Positions 10,956 to 20,155 of a stretch of 64,000 bases of DNA are shown here, piece by piece. Position numbers and translations under genes: made by a program. Position 1 is the stretch's first letter. The number at the start of each line of letters is the position of its first letter. Below the pieces are notes generated by a model, which saw only the letters and a program-made list of their open reading frames with translations, was not told the DNA's origin and ran no database searches. Source of the DNA: Flavobacteriaceae bacterium (GTDB lineage: Bacteria; Bacteroidota; Bacteroidia; Flavobacteriales; Flavobacteriaceae). The stretch is from NCBI GenBank assembly GCA_017856235.1, contig JAFMFH010000001.1, forward strand, positions 23,286-87,285, in the 5' to 3' direction.

Positions 10956-11002
10956 AATAACCTTTTTGGCTTAAATTTACAATTCTATTTTTTAAACAAA
11001 TT

Positions 11003-12037
11003 ATGGATATACACATTAAATACATGAAAAGATGTATTGAACTAGCATCCAAAGGGATTGGAAAGACATACCCAAATCCTATGGTTGGGTGTGTAATTGT
11101 ACATAATGATAAAATAATTGGTGAAGGCTTACATCAAGAGTATGGGTGTAATCATGCAGAGGTTAATGCAATCAATAGTGTAGTTGATAAGGACTTACTC
11201 AGAGAATCAACCCTCTATGTTAATCTTGAACCTTGTAATCATTATGGAAAAACTCCACCTTGTACAGAGTTAATTCTTAAGAAAGAAATTAAGAATGTGA
11301 TAATTGGATCAAAAGATCCAAACAATGTTGTAAATGGTAATGGAATTAAAACCCTTGTCTCAAATGGTTGTAATGTAGAGTTCGGTATTTTGAAAAATGA
11401 GTGTGATGAGCTGAATAAAAGATTTTTCACATTTCATAATTGTAAGAGACCATATATTATTTTAAAATGGGCAGAATCTAAAGATGGATTTATAAGTCCA
11501 AAGAAATCTGATCGAAATAAAAGAGAGGTATTTTGGATTTCAAATGAAGAATCTAAGAAATTGTCACACTATTTTAGAAGTCAAGAACATTCAATCTTAG
11601 TTGGAGTTCAGACTGTAATTGATGATGATCCAGAATTAACCACTAGAATGGTTGATGGTAACAGCCCTATAAAAATAATTCTTGACCCGAATAATAGAAT
11701 CCCATTAAATTCAAAAGTCTTATTTAATAAATCAGAGACAATTATATTTTCATCAACAAAAAATTTAGAATTAAATATAGATAATGAGGTTATTAATCAA
11801 TTTGATTTTGATTCGATTCTAGAATCGCTATTCAAGCGCGGGATTCAATCAATGATTGTAGAGGGAGGGGCATATACTATTCAAAAGTTCTTAGATGCTG
11901 ACATATGGGATTGTATTAGAATATTTAAGTCAAATAATAATCTTAATACAGGAGTGATTTCTCCAAAATATGAAGTTGATAAATTAGAATTTAGATTGAT
12001 TGGAGATAACAAGTTTTATGAGATTTTTAAAAATTAA
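11003..12037 (+). CDS. ribD: Riboflavin biosynthesis protein RibD (pyrimidine deaminase / uracil reductase)
   Basis: Deaminase zinc motifs HAEVNAI and PCNHYGKTPPC, followed by the reductase domain. 344 aa. Confidence 0.9.
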   Translation: MDIHIKYMKRCIELASKGIGKTYPNPMVGCVIVHNDKIIGEGLHQEYGCNHAEVNAINSVVDKDLLRESTLYVNLEPCNHYGKTPPCTELILKKEIKNVIIGSKDPNNVVNGNGIKTLVSNGCNVEFGILKNECDELNKRFFTFHNCKRPYIILKWAESKDGFISPKKSDRNKREVFWISNEESKKLSHYFRSQEHSILVGVQTVIDDDPELTTRMVDGNSPIKIILDPNNRIPLNSKVLFNKSETIIFSSTKNLELNIDNEVINQFDFDSILESLFKRGIQSMIVEGGAYTIQKFLDADIWDCIRIFKSNNNLNTGVISPKYEVDKLEFRLIGDNKFYEIFKN

Positions 12038-12426
12038 AATATATCACTAATTATTTTAGGACACCTCTGTGGTTTCATAGATTTTGAATTTAAAAAAGCT
12101 AAAGTTGTAGAGCCTTCTGTAGTCAGCTCATCATTTTGATTAAAAATTTGATAGGTAAATTCAATAGTAGAAGTTGGTTTTTTTTTGCAAAATACATTTA
12201 TATAAAATAAGTCACCAAAAAAAAGAGATTTAATAAATTTTATATCACACCTAACAACAGGAAGTACTATATTACTTTCTTCAATTTTTTGATAAGGCAT
12301 TTTCAATTTTTCAAGCCATTCAATTCTTGCTAGTTCAAAAAATTTTAAATAATTACTATGATGAACAATACCCATTTGATCAGTTTCACTATATCTGACT
12401 TTTATTGTACTAGTTTTATATTTCAT
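12034..12426 (-). CDS. Acyl-CoA thioesterase, 4HBT/YbgC-like hotdog fold
   Basis: VRYSETDQMGIVHHSNY N-terminal motif, characteristic of YbgC-type thioesterases. 130 aa. Confidence 0.75.
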   Translation of the reverse strand: MKYKTSTIKVRYSETDQMGIVHHSNYLKFFELARIEWLEKLKMPYQKIEESNIVLPVVRCDIKFIKSLFFGDLFYINVFCKKKPTSTIEFTYQIFNQNDELTTEGSTTLAFLNSKSMKPQRCPKIISDIF

Positions 12427-12608
12427 TTTTATATAATGTGAAAGAATTTATTATTTTTCCTACAAATTTATGATACTTGATTTTAAATAAAAAAAAATTA
12501 AAAATCAATAGGTAGGCTTATTTTTTTTTCATTTTTTTTTATTAATATTTGCCATCAACTTTAATCAATTGTTAAATATATTCAATTAACCTATAGCCAA
12601 GAAAAAAA
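12427..12608. other. Extremely AT-rich intergenic spacer upstream of dnaA with A9/T9-T10 homopolymer runs; candidate unwinding or origin-associated region
   Basis: 182 bp with A/T homopolymer tracts (aaaaaaaaa, ttttttttt, tttttttttt). It is flanked by divergent genes and coincides with a gene-strand switch. I did not find good TTATCCACA-type boxes. Confidence 0.2.
12463..12470 (-). promoter_or_regulatory. Candidate -7 promoter box (TAAATTTG on the minus strand) for the thioesterase gene
   Basis: Exact TAnnTTTG match, 36 nt upstream of the ATG at 12426. Confidence 0.3.
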
Positions 12609-14036
12609 ATGAGTCAATCACCCTCATCTGTATGGAATAACTGTCTAAATTTCATTAAAGATAATATTCAGCCTCAAGCATACAAAACTTGGTTCGAACC
12701 AATAATTCCTGTTAAATTATCTGAAGATGTTTTAAGCATTCAAGTTCCTAGTAAGTTTTTCTATGAATGGCTTGAAGAACATTATATTAAGATTCTTAGA
12801 ATTGCACTTAACAAAGAGTTAGGTTCAAAAGCAAGACTTGTATATGTTATTAGAATGGAAAATACATATGGTAACAAGATACCATTTACTGAAAGTATTC
12901 CAAGTTCCTCAAGTAATAGCATAAAAACTCAATCAATTGAATCACCCTTTAGCACTTTTGCAAGTGAATTAAAAAATCCATTTGTAATCCCTGGAATAAG
13001 AAATCTTCAAATTGAATCTCAACTAAATCCTAATTATTCATTTGAAAATTTCCTAGAAGGTGATTCAAATAGATTAGCAAGATCAGCTGGAATTGCTGTC
13101 TCTAATAAACCTGGTGGAACATCTTTTAATCCATTACTGATTTATGGTGGTGTTGGACTTGGCAAAACACATCTTGCTCATGCAATTGGAGTAGATGTAA
13201 AACAGAAATATCCTGATAAAACTGTCTTATACATCTCAGCAGAGAAGTTTACACAACAATATGTTGATTCAGTCAAAAAAAATACAAGAAATGATTTTAT
13301 ACATTTTTATCAGATTATTGATGTTTTAATTGTTGACGATGTTCAATTTCTATCAGGAAAGTCTGGAACTCAAGATGTATTCTTTCACATATTTAATCAT
13401 CTTCATCAAAATGGCAAACAAGTCATTTTGACTTCAGATAAAGCACCTATTGACATGCAAGATATCGAGCAAAGACTTTTATCAAGATTTAAGTGGGGCT
13501 TATCTGCAGAGCTTCATACTCCAAATTTCGAAACTAGAGTTTCAATTCTTAAAAATAAGCTCTATAGAGACGGTGTTGAAATTCAAGATGAAGTAATTGA
13601 GTTTGTTGCAAAAAATATAAACTCGAATGTAAGAGAGCTTGAAGGGGCTATTATTTCACTAATTGCTCAGTCTTCATTTAATAAAGCAGAAATAACTGTT
13701 GATTTAGCCAAAGAAGTAATAAATAAATTTGTTAAGAATAACAGAAGAGAAGTATCTATTGATTATATACAAAAAGTAGTATCAGACTACTTCCAGATGG
13801 ATATTCAGACACTTCAATCAAAAACTAGAAAAAGACATATTGTTCAAGCTAGACAAATTGCAATGTATTTTGCTAAAAAGTTTACTAAAGCCTCCCTTGC
13901 AAGTATTGGTTCACAAATTGGAAGAAGAGATCATGCGACAGTTCTTCATGCATGTAAAACAGTTGATAATCTTAGCTTTACTGATAAACAATTCAGAAAA
14001 TACGTTGAGGATCTTAATCAGAAACTAACCAACTAA
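12609..14036 (+). CDS. dnaA: Chromosomal replication initiator protein DnaA
   Basis: AAA+ Walker A GGVGLGKTHL and Walker B LIVDDVQF. C-terminal DNA-binding domain (...IVQARQIAMYFAKKFT..SLASIG...RDHATVLHA). 475 aa. Confidence 0.96.
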   Translation: MSQSPSSVWNNCLNFIKDNIQPQAYKTWFEPIIPVKLSEDVLSIQVPSKFFYEWLEEHYIKILRIALNKELGSKARLVYVIRMENTYGNKIPFTESIPSSSSNSIKTQSIESPFSTFASELKNPFVIPGIRNLQIESQLNPNYSFENFLEGDSNRLARSAGIAVSNKPGGTSFNPLLIYGGVGLGKTHLAHAIGVDVKQKYPDKTVLYISAEKFTQQYVDSVKKNTRNDFIHFYQIIDVLIVDDVQFLSGKSGTQDVFFHIFNHLHQNGKQVILTSDKAPIDMQDIEQRLLSRFKWGLSAELHTPNFETRVSILKNKLYRDGVEIQDEVIEFVAKNINSNVRELEGAIISLIAQSSFNKAEITVDLAKEVINKFVKNNRREVSIDYIQKVVSDYFQMDIQTLQSKTRKRHIVQARQIAMYFAKKFTKASLASIGSQIGRRDHATVLHACKTVDNLSFTDKQFRKYVEDLNQKLTN

Positions 14037-14039
14037 CTT

Positions 14040-15068
14040 TTACCTGTAAATTCCCCTGCTGTTTATCCAGCGAATATATGCCCTTTTATTTCTATTATGT
14101 TCAGACAAGTTACTTGCAAAAAGATGATACCCTCTATTATTTGGGTCAGCAACCATAAACAAATAATTATTTTTTTCGTAGTCTAGAACAGCATCAATAG
14201 CTGATATATCAGGCATAGTAATTGGACCTGGTGGAAGACCATAAACTCTATAAGTATTAAATTCTGATTCTAAATTAAGATCACGATAAAGCACCCTTCT
14301 AATAATTGTATCAAAATTTTTATAATATTCTTTAATTGAATATATCACTGTTGGATCAGCTTGTAGCCTCATGTTTTTTTTTAGTCTATTGATATATAAA
14401 CCTGCAACTCTTGGACGCTCATCATTTCTTCTACTTTCAATTTGGACTATTGATGCAAGTGAAATAACTTCTAATTTAGTAAGTCCTATTTTTTTAGCTT
14501 TTTCAGATCTGTCTTTATTCCAGAATTTATTATACTCAGCTAACATTCTATCTCTAAAATCTTCAGGAGTAGAGTTCCAATAAATATTATAAGAGTTTGG
14601 AATAAAAATTGAAAGAACATTTTGTTCATTAAGATTATTGTCTTCAAGAAATTTTTTATTTCTAAATGCTGATAATAAAGATGTACTATCCGTATATATT
14701 TGTTTTGAAACTCTTCCTGCTACATTCTCAACTCTTTCTTGATTGTTAAATGTAACATTAACAGGAGTGTTGTTAAATTTTAAGGAGTTAACAATATCTT
14801 TATTACCTATGTCCTTGGCTATTTTAAATCTTCCCGTTTTTTTATTCTTAAGGTATTCAAGTCTTTCTGCAACTTTATAAAATGTCTTTTCAGATTTGAT
14901 GTATTTTGATATTGAATCGTTAAAAGCTAGACTATCATCCTCCATCACATATAGAAATACACTTTCGTCTTCAAATGAAGTGTTTGGCATGTAATATTTA
15001 TTGTAGTTGTCAACAATAAATATTAAAGACAGTATTGAAATCGGTATTAAAATTTTTAAATATTTCAT
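14040..15068 (-). CDS. mltG: Endolytic murein transglycosylase MltG (YceG family)
   Basis: N-terminal TM anchor. The YceG-like core contains ...LASIVQIESRR...LQADPTVIY...YNTY...GLPPGPI. 342 aa. Confidence 0.8.
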   Translation of the reverse strand: MKYLKILIPISILSLIFIVDNYNKYYMPNTSFEDESVFLYVMEDDSLAFNDSISKYIKSEKTFYKVAERLEYLKNKKTGRFKIAKDIGNKDIVNSLKFNNTPVNVTFNNQERVENVAGRVSKQIYTDSTSLLSAFRNKKFLEDNNLNEQNVLSIFIPNSYNIYWNSTPEDFRDRMLAEYNKFWNKDRSEKAKKIGLTKLEVISLASIVQIESRRNDERPRVAGLYINRLKKNMRLQADPTVIYSIKEYYKNFDTIIRRVLYRDLNLESEFNTYRVYGLPPGPITMPDISAIDAVLDYEKNNYLFMVADPNNRGYHLFASNLSEHNRNKRAYIRWINSRGIYR

Positions 15069-15568
15069 TTATTTAAAATTTTTTGAAATAAAATCTCATC
15101 ATTGAATTTATTATTATAAAAAACCCAGTCTTTTTTTAGACCAACCTCATTATAGCCATTTTTTTTGAATAATGAAATGCTATCAAAATTATTTGAAGAG
15201 ATATTAGCATATAACTGATGGATTGGAACATAATTCAAAACATGTTCTTCAATTAATTTTAAAGCTAAAGATCCAATTCCTTGGGATCTAAATTTTTCAA
15301 ATATAATAATTCCAACTCCAGCCCTACGACTAACATAGTCATAATCGAAAAGATCTATGAAGCCGTATGAATTAGCTTCATCAAATATCACAAGTCTAAG
15401 TTGCTTATGCTCAATAATATCAAGGTGAGAATTTTCAATAAATTTTTTTAAAGTATGTTTAGAAAATGGTGAAGAAGTGTTTGAGTAAACCCACAATGAT
15501 TTATCATTCTCTGTATCATACATCATTTCTATATCAGTAGGTTCAAGAGCTCTAAGTCTTAATTTCAT
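15065..15568 (-). CDS. GNAT family N-acetyltransferase (RimJ/RimL-like)
   Basis: FRSQGIGSLALKLI acetyl-CoA motif. 167 aa. Confidence 0.72.
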   Translation of the reverse strand: MKLRLRALEPTDIEMMYDTENDKSLWVYSNTSSPFSKHTLKKFIENSHLDIIEHKQLRLVIFDEANSYGFIDLFDYDYVSRRAGVGIIIFEKFRSQGIGSLALKLIEEHVLNYVPIHQLYANISSNNFDSISLFKKNGYNEVGLKKDWVFYNNKFNDEILFQKILNK

Positions 15569-15641
15569 CTTGTTCTAGTTAAACAATAGTTAAAATATAA
15601 TTTTTAATATTATAAAATATTATTTTTAAGAAAAAATTAAA

Positions 15642-16778
15642 ATGAAAATGTATTCTAAAATTCTAGTAATATCTTTAATATCATCTCTATTAGTTTTTAG
15701 TTTGTTTAATAAAATTGATGATATATCTGATTCTAAATTTACCTCAGAATTAATAGATAACAAATATTCTAGCCTATCAATTCCTGCTAATTTTATTCAA
15801 AATAAATACGCCACTTCTTCATTACCTGATTTAACTTTTGCTGCAAATAAATCAATCGACGCAGTTGTTCATGTCAAAAACACAAGCATTGTTAAGGATA
15901 GTGATTCATGGGCTTTACAATTTTTTTATGGAGATGAATCTAGAAAAAAAGTTGGAACTGGCTCTGGTGTAATTATTTCTCCTGATGGATACATTATTAC
16001 AAATTATCATGTTATTGAAAACTCTACTGAAGTTATTGTTACAACAAATGACAATAGAGAGTATGAGGCAGAAATAATAGGGTTTGATGAAGTTACAGAT
16101 ATTGCAGTTTTGAAAATAGATACAGATTCAAATCTTGAATATATTTTCTTTGGCGATTCAGATTCAACCTTAATTGGAGAGTGGGTTTTAGCTGTAGGTA
16201 ATCCATACAACTTAAATTCTACTGTGACTGCTGGAATTATTAGCTCAAAATCTAGAGACCTGAATGAATTTGATCAAAAGAATCAGTCGTTTATTCAAAC
16301 AGATGCTGCAGTTAACTTCGGAAATAGTGGAGGTGCCCTTGTAAATATTCAAGGTGAATTAATTGGTATAAATACTCTTATTCAATCAATGACTGGAGGT
16401 TATGTTGGTTATTCATTTGCAGTTCCAAGCAATACAGTTAGAAAAATATTTGAAGATATTATAGAATACGGTGATGTTCAAAAGGGTCTTCTTGGTGTCA
16501 GAGGTGTTGCTTTAAGATCTTCTTATTCCAAACAACTTAATGTTGAAGAAACAGAAGGTTTTTATATTGATGTTATAGAACCTGGATTTGGAGCTGACAA
16601 CGCTGGACTTCAAAAAGGTGATATAATTAAATCGATAGATGATGTCAATATTAATAGATTTTCTGATTTATCAGGATATTTGTCGTCTAAAAGACCTGGA
16701 GATAAAGTAAAAGTAATATATATTAGAGATAAAAAGCTTAACACTACATCAGTAACTCTCAAGAAAAGTTCTAATTAA
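15642..16778 (+). CDS. Periplasmic serine endoprotease, HtrA/DegP family (trypsin-like domain plus one PDZ)
   Basis: Catalytic triad contexts TNYHVIE, DIAVLKI and GNSGGAL. C-terminal PDZ (GLQKGDIIKSIDD). Signal/anchor at the N-terminus. Confidence 0.87.
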   Translation: MKMYSKILVISLISSLLVFSLFNKIDDISDSKFTSELIDNKYSSLSIPANFIQNKYATSSLPDLTFAANKSIDAVVHVKNTSIVKDSDSWALQFFYGDESRKKVGTGSGVIISPDGYIITNYHVIENSTEVIVTTNDNREYEAEIIGFDEVTDIAVLKIDTDSNLEYIFFGDSDSTLIGEWVLAVGNPYNLNSTVTAGIISSKSRDLNEFDQKNQSFIQTDAAVNFGNSGGALVNIQGELIGINTLIQSMTGGYVGYSFAVPSNTVRKIFEDIIEYGDVQKGLLGVRGVALRSSYSKQLNVEETEGFYIDVIEPGFGADNAGLQKGDIIKSIDDVNINRFSDLSGYLSSKRPGDKVKVIYIRDKKLNTTSVTLKKSSN

Positions 16779-17455
16779 TGAGAATAGATATACTTACGTT
16801 ATTTCCTGACGTATTTGATAATTTAAACTCATTTTCTATTATTAAAAAAGCTATTGACTCAAAAAAAGTAAAGATTAATACTCACAATTTAAGAGATTAT
16901 GCTGATAATTCTAGAAAAGTTGATGATTATCCATATGGTGGATTTCCCGGAATGGTTATAAAGATTGAACCAATAGATAATTGCATAGAGTCTTTAAAGA
17001 AAAAAAATAATTATGATGAAATAATTTATTTAACTCCAGATGGAGAGTTATTAAATCAAAAAGAATCAAATTATCTATCAACTTTAAAAAATATTATAGT
17101 TATCTGTGGACATTATAAAGGGATTGATCATAGGGTTAGAGAACACATTGTGACTAAAGAGATATCCATTGGAAATTATGTTGTTTCAGGAGGTGAACTT
17201 CCTGCTGCAGTTCTCTGTGACTCTATAATCAGAGTTTTACCTGGTATCATTGGTGATGAGTCCTCAGCACTTTCAGATACTTTTCAAGATAATTTATTAG
17301 CTGCACCTATATATACTAGACCTGAAGTTTACAGAGGTTTTCAGGTACCAAAAGTTCTTTTATCAGGAAATCAAAGTGAAATACAAAAATGGAATGATGA
17401 GAAATCTTTGGAAAGAACAAAATTACTTAGGCCAAATCTTTTTGATAATGAATAA
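16778..17455 (+). CDS. trmD: tRNA (guanine37-N1)-methyltransferase
   Basis: MRIDILTLFPDVF N-terminus, YPYGGFPGMV, and SIGNYVVSGGELPA (SPOUT knot). Confidence 0.93.
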   Translation: MRIDILTLFPDVFDNLNSFSIIKKAIDSKKVKINTHNLRDYADNSRKVDDYPYGGFPGMVIKIEPIDNCIESLKKKNNYDEIIYLTPDGELLNQKESNYLSTLKNIIVICGHYKGIDHRVREHIVTKEISIGNYVVSGGELPAAVLCDSIIRVLPGIIGDESSALSDTFQDNLLAAPIYTRPEVYRGFQVPKVLLSGNQSEIQKWNDEKSLERTKLLRPNLFDNE

Positions 17456-17461
17456 AAAGTT

Positions 17462-17469
17462 TATTTTTG
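17462..17469 (+). promoter_or_regulatory. Candidate -7 promoter box TATTTTTG upstream of rplS
   Basis: Exact TAnnTTTG match, 41 nt upstream of the rplS ATG. Confidence 0.35.
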
Positions 17470-17510
17470 CACGGATTTGATTTAATTCAAATCTTAAATA
17501 AATTATTTCA

Positions 17511-17855
17511 ATGAATTCTTTAATAAACTTAGTTCAAGAAAAACTTATAAATACAAATGATTTGCCATCATTTTCTTCTGGTGATACAATCACTGTATTT
17601 TATGAAATTAGAGAAGGTGATAAAGTAAGAACCCAGTCTTTCAAAGGTGTAGTAATACAAATTAAAGGTAGAGGTGAATCAAAAACCTTTACAATAAGAA
17701 AGATGTCTGGTACCGTTGGTGTTGAGAGAATTTTTCCTATTAACATGCCTGCTCTAAAGAAAATTGAGGTCAATAAGAAAGGTAAAGTTAGACAATCAAG
17801 AATTTATTACTTCAGAGAATTAAGAGGAAAGAAAGCCAGGATTAAAGAAGTATAA
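17511..17855 (+). CDS. rplS: 50S ribosomal protein L19
   Basis: ...[33 protein letters not shown]...TFTIRK.. matches the L19 signature. It follows trmD, as in most bacteria. Confidence 0.95.
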   Translation: MNSLINLVQEKLINTNDLPSFSSGDTITVFYEIREGDKVRTQSFKGVVIQIKGRGESKTFTIRKMSGTVGVERIFPINMPALKKIEVNKKGKVRQSRIYYFRELRGKKARIKEV

Positions 17856-17860
17856 ATCTT

Positions 17861-19093
17861 ATGTCAAAAATTAAGGTAGCCAATCCCATAGTAGAAATAG
17901 ATGGAGATGAAATGGCTAGAATTATCTGGAAATTTATAAAAGAAAAACTAATTCTAGACTATCTAGATCTTAAAATAGTATATTATGATCTAGGAATTGA
18001 GTCAAGGGATAAAACTGATGACCAAATCACAATTGATGCTGCTAATGCTATTAAAAAGTATAATGTTGGTATAAAATGTGCAACAATTACACCAGATGAG
18101 CAAAGGGTTGAAGAGTTCTCCTTATCAAGGATGTATAAATCTCCAAATGGAACAATTAGAAACATTGTTGGAGGTACTGTTTTTAGAGAACCTATAATAT
18201 GTAGATCTATTCCAAGATATGTTCAAGGTTGGTCAAGACCAATATGTATAGGTAGACATGCATTTGGGGATCAGTACAGAGCCACCGATGTAATTACGCA
18301 TGGACCTGGAAAACTCGAAATGAAATTTACTCCAAAAGATGGTGGACAATCGACAACATGGGAAGTATATAATTTTGAAGAGGATGGAATTGCAATGTCA
18401 ATGTATAATATTGACTCATCAATTTATGGGTTTGCAAGATCATGTATGAATATGGCACTTACCAAGAGATGGCCACTCTATTTATCTACAAAAAACACAA
18501 TACTTAAAGCATACGATGGTAGGTTTAAAGATATTTTTCAGGATGTATTCGATAATGAATTTAAAGAAAGATTTCAGAAAGAAAAGATAACTTATGAACA
18601 TAGACTAATTGATGATATGGTAGCTGCTGCTATTAAATGGAAAGGTGGATTTGTTTGGGCTTGTAAGAATTATGACGGTGATGTTCAATCAGATGTAGTT
18701 GCTCAAGGTTTTGGATCACTTGGTTTAATGACTTCAACATTAGTAACACCTGATGGAAAAACTCTTGAAGCAGAAGCAGCACATGGAACAGTAACCAGAC
18801 ACTTTAGAAGACATCAAAAAGGTGAACAGACATCTACAAACCCAATAGCTTCAATATTTGCATGGACAAGAGGGTTAATGCACAGAGGTAAACTTGATAA
18901 TAATGAGAAACTTATTAATTTTTGTAAAACTTTAGAGGAAGTCTGTATCGAAACAGTTGAAGATGGGAAAATGACTAAAGATCTAGCTTTATTAGTTTTT
19001 AGAGATGATCTGGTCGACTCTAATTTTCTTACTACACAAGAATTCTTAGACGAATTAAAAAGTAATCTGGATAAAAAATTAGCTATTCAATAA
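17861..19093 (+). CDS. icd: NADP-dependent isocitrate dehydrogenase, homodimeric subfamily II (eukaryote-like, about 410 aa)
   Basis: [32 protein letters not shown] and NYDGDVQSD motifs are typical of type II IDH. Confidence 0.9.
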   Translation: MSKIKVANPIVEIDGDEMARIIWKFIKEKLILDYLDLKIVYYDLGIESRDKTDDQITIDAANAIKKYNVGIKCATITPDEQRVEEFSLSRMYKSPNGTIRNIVGGTVFREPIICRSIPRYVQGWSRPICIGRHAFGDQYRATDVITHGPGKLEMKFTPKDGGQSTTWEVYNFEEDGIAMSMYNIDSSIYGFARSCMNMALTKRWPLYLSTKNTILKAYDGRFKDIFQDVFDNEFKERFQKEKITYEHRLIDDMVAAAIKWKGGFVWACKNYDGDVQSDVVAQGFGSLGLMTSTLVTPDGKTLEAEAAHGTVTRHFRRHQKGEQTSTNPIASIFAWTRGLMHRGKLDNNEKLINFCKTLEEVCIETVEDGKMTKDLALLVFRDDLVDSNFLTTQEFLDELKSNLDKKLAIQ

Positions 19094-19908
19094 TGAAATT
19101 CATTAAAGTAACTGAGCAAGAATCAAATCATAAAGATTTAGAAAAAAAATCTGTAATTGAGCTTGTAAACGCAATGCATGAGGAGGATAATAATGCGTTA
19201 AAAGCAGTTAATAAGGTTTTACCAAAAATTTCTGAACTTATTGAGGCCATAGCACCAAAGATTGAAAAAGGAGGAAGATTATTTTATATTGGAGCCGGAA
19301 CTAGTGGTAGATTAGGTGTCTTAGATGCTTCAGAGTGTCCCCCAACATTCGGGACTCCTCCAGAAAAAGTTGTTGGACTAGTGGCTGGTGGTATACCTGC
19401 CTTATATAGTTCAATTGAGATTGCTGAAGATGACATGCACCAAGCATGGAAAGATTTATCTGAACATAAAGTTAATTCCAATGATTTTGTTATTGGGATT
19501 GCAGCATCAGGAACTACTCCTTATGTTGTTGGTGGTCTTAAGAATTGTCAAGAAAATAATATTTCTACCGCATGTATAGTTTGTAATAAAAACTCTCCTT
19601 TATCCAAATATGCAGATTTTAAAATTGAAGTAATAGTTGGTCCGGAGTTTTTAACTGGAAGCTCCAGATTGAAAGCTGGAACTGCACAAAAATTAATATT
19701 AAATATGATATCTACTATTTCAATGATATTAGATGGTCATGTTAGAGGTAATAAAATGATTGACATGCAGATGTCTAATGCTAAACTTAATAAACGTGCT
19801 AGAAGAATTCTTATGGAAGAATTAGGTGTGGATGAAACTAAAGCTGATGAATTAATCTTAAAACACAAAAGTATTCGTTTAGCAATAGATAACTTTAAAA
19901 ATGAATAA
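19093..19908 (+). CDS. murQ: N-acetylmuramic acid 6-phosphate etherase
   Basis: SIS domain GAGTSGRLGVLDASECPPTFG and the MurQ C-terminal region. 271 aa. Confidence 0.88.
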   Translation: MKFIKVTEQESNHKDLEKKSVIELVNAMHEEDNNALKAVNKVLPKISELIEAIAPKIEKGGRLFYIGAGTSGRLGVLDASECPPTFGTPPEKVVGLVAGGIPALYSSIEIAEDDMHQAWKDLSEHKVNSNDFVIGIAASGTTPYVVGGLKNCQENNISTACIVCNKNSPLSKYADFKIEVIVGPEFLTGSSRLKAGTAQKLILNMISTISMILDGHVRGNKMIDMQMSNAKLNKRARRILMEELGVDETKADELILKHKSIRLAIDNFKNE

Positions 19909-20128
19909 ATACCTAAAAAAAGGCTTTATTCAAGTTTTTACAGGTATTTCTCTTTGCTTCATTGGACCTGTGTTAGTTTCTCAATCATTTAACAATCAAG
20001 ATCACCCACTTTTTATTATTGTCTTAATAATTGGTGTAATTATTCTTATTCTAGCTATTTATTTTGGGTACAGAGGAATAAATAATATATTAAATGGAAC
20101 TTTAGGACCAAAGAATAAATTAAATTAA
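19901..20128 (+). CDS. Small hypothetical membrane protein (two predicted TM helices)
   Basis: The ORF overlaps the murQ stop by 8 nt. It has two hydrophobic stretches (VFTGISLCFIGPVLV, LFIIVLIIGVIILILAIYF). No recognisable family. Confidence 0.4.
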   Translation: MNKYLKKGFIQVFTGISLCFIGPVLVSQSFNNQDHPLFIIVLIIGVIILILAIYFGYRGINNILNGTLGPKNKLN

Positions 20129-20130
20129 AT

Positions 20131-20138
20131 TATTTTTG
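20131..20138 (+). promoter_or_regulatory. Candidate -7 promoter box TATTTTTG upstream of thrS
   Basis: Exact TAnnTTTG match, 17 nt upstream of the thrS ATG (20156). Confidence 0.3.
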
Positions 20139-20155
20139 AAAGTTGATACTATAAT

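Noticed and set aside
10956-11002. FMN riboswitch upstream of ribD (and upstream of ribB at about 62100-62146).
   Set aside because: The gap before ribD is only 47 bp, and ribB overlaps the preceding gene. Neither can accommodate an RFN element of about 140 nt, and no conserved RFN core sequence is visible.
12427-12608. Possible DnaA-box cluster or small RNA gene (for example 6S) in the dnaA upstream spacer.
   Set aside because: I found no 9-mer closer than about 6-7/9 to TTATCCACA here. The sequence is homopolymer-rich A/T with no capacity for stable RNA helices. I kept it only as a low-confidence AT-rich, possibly DUE-like element.
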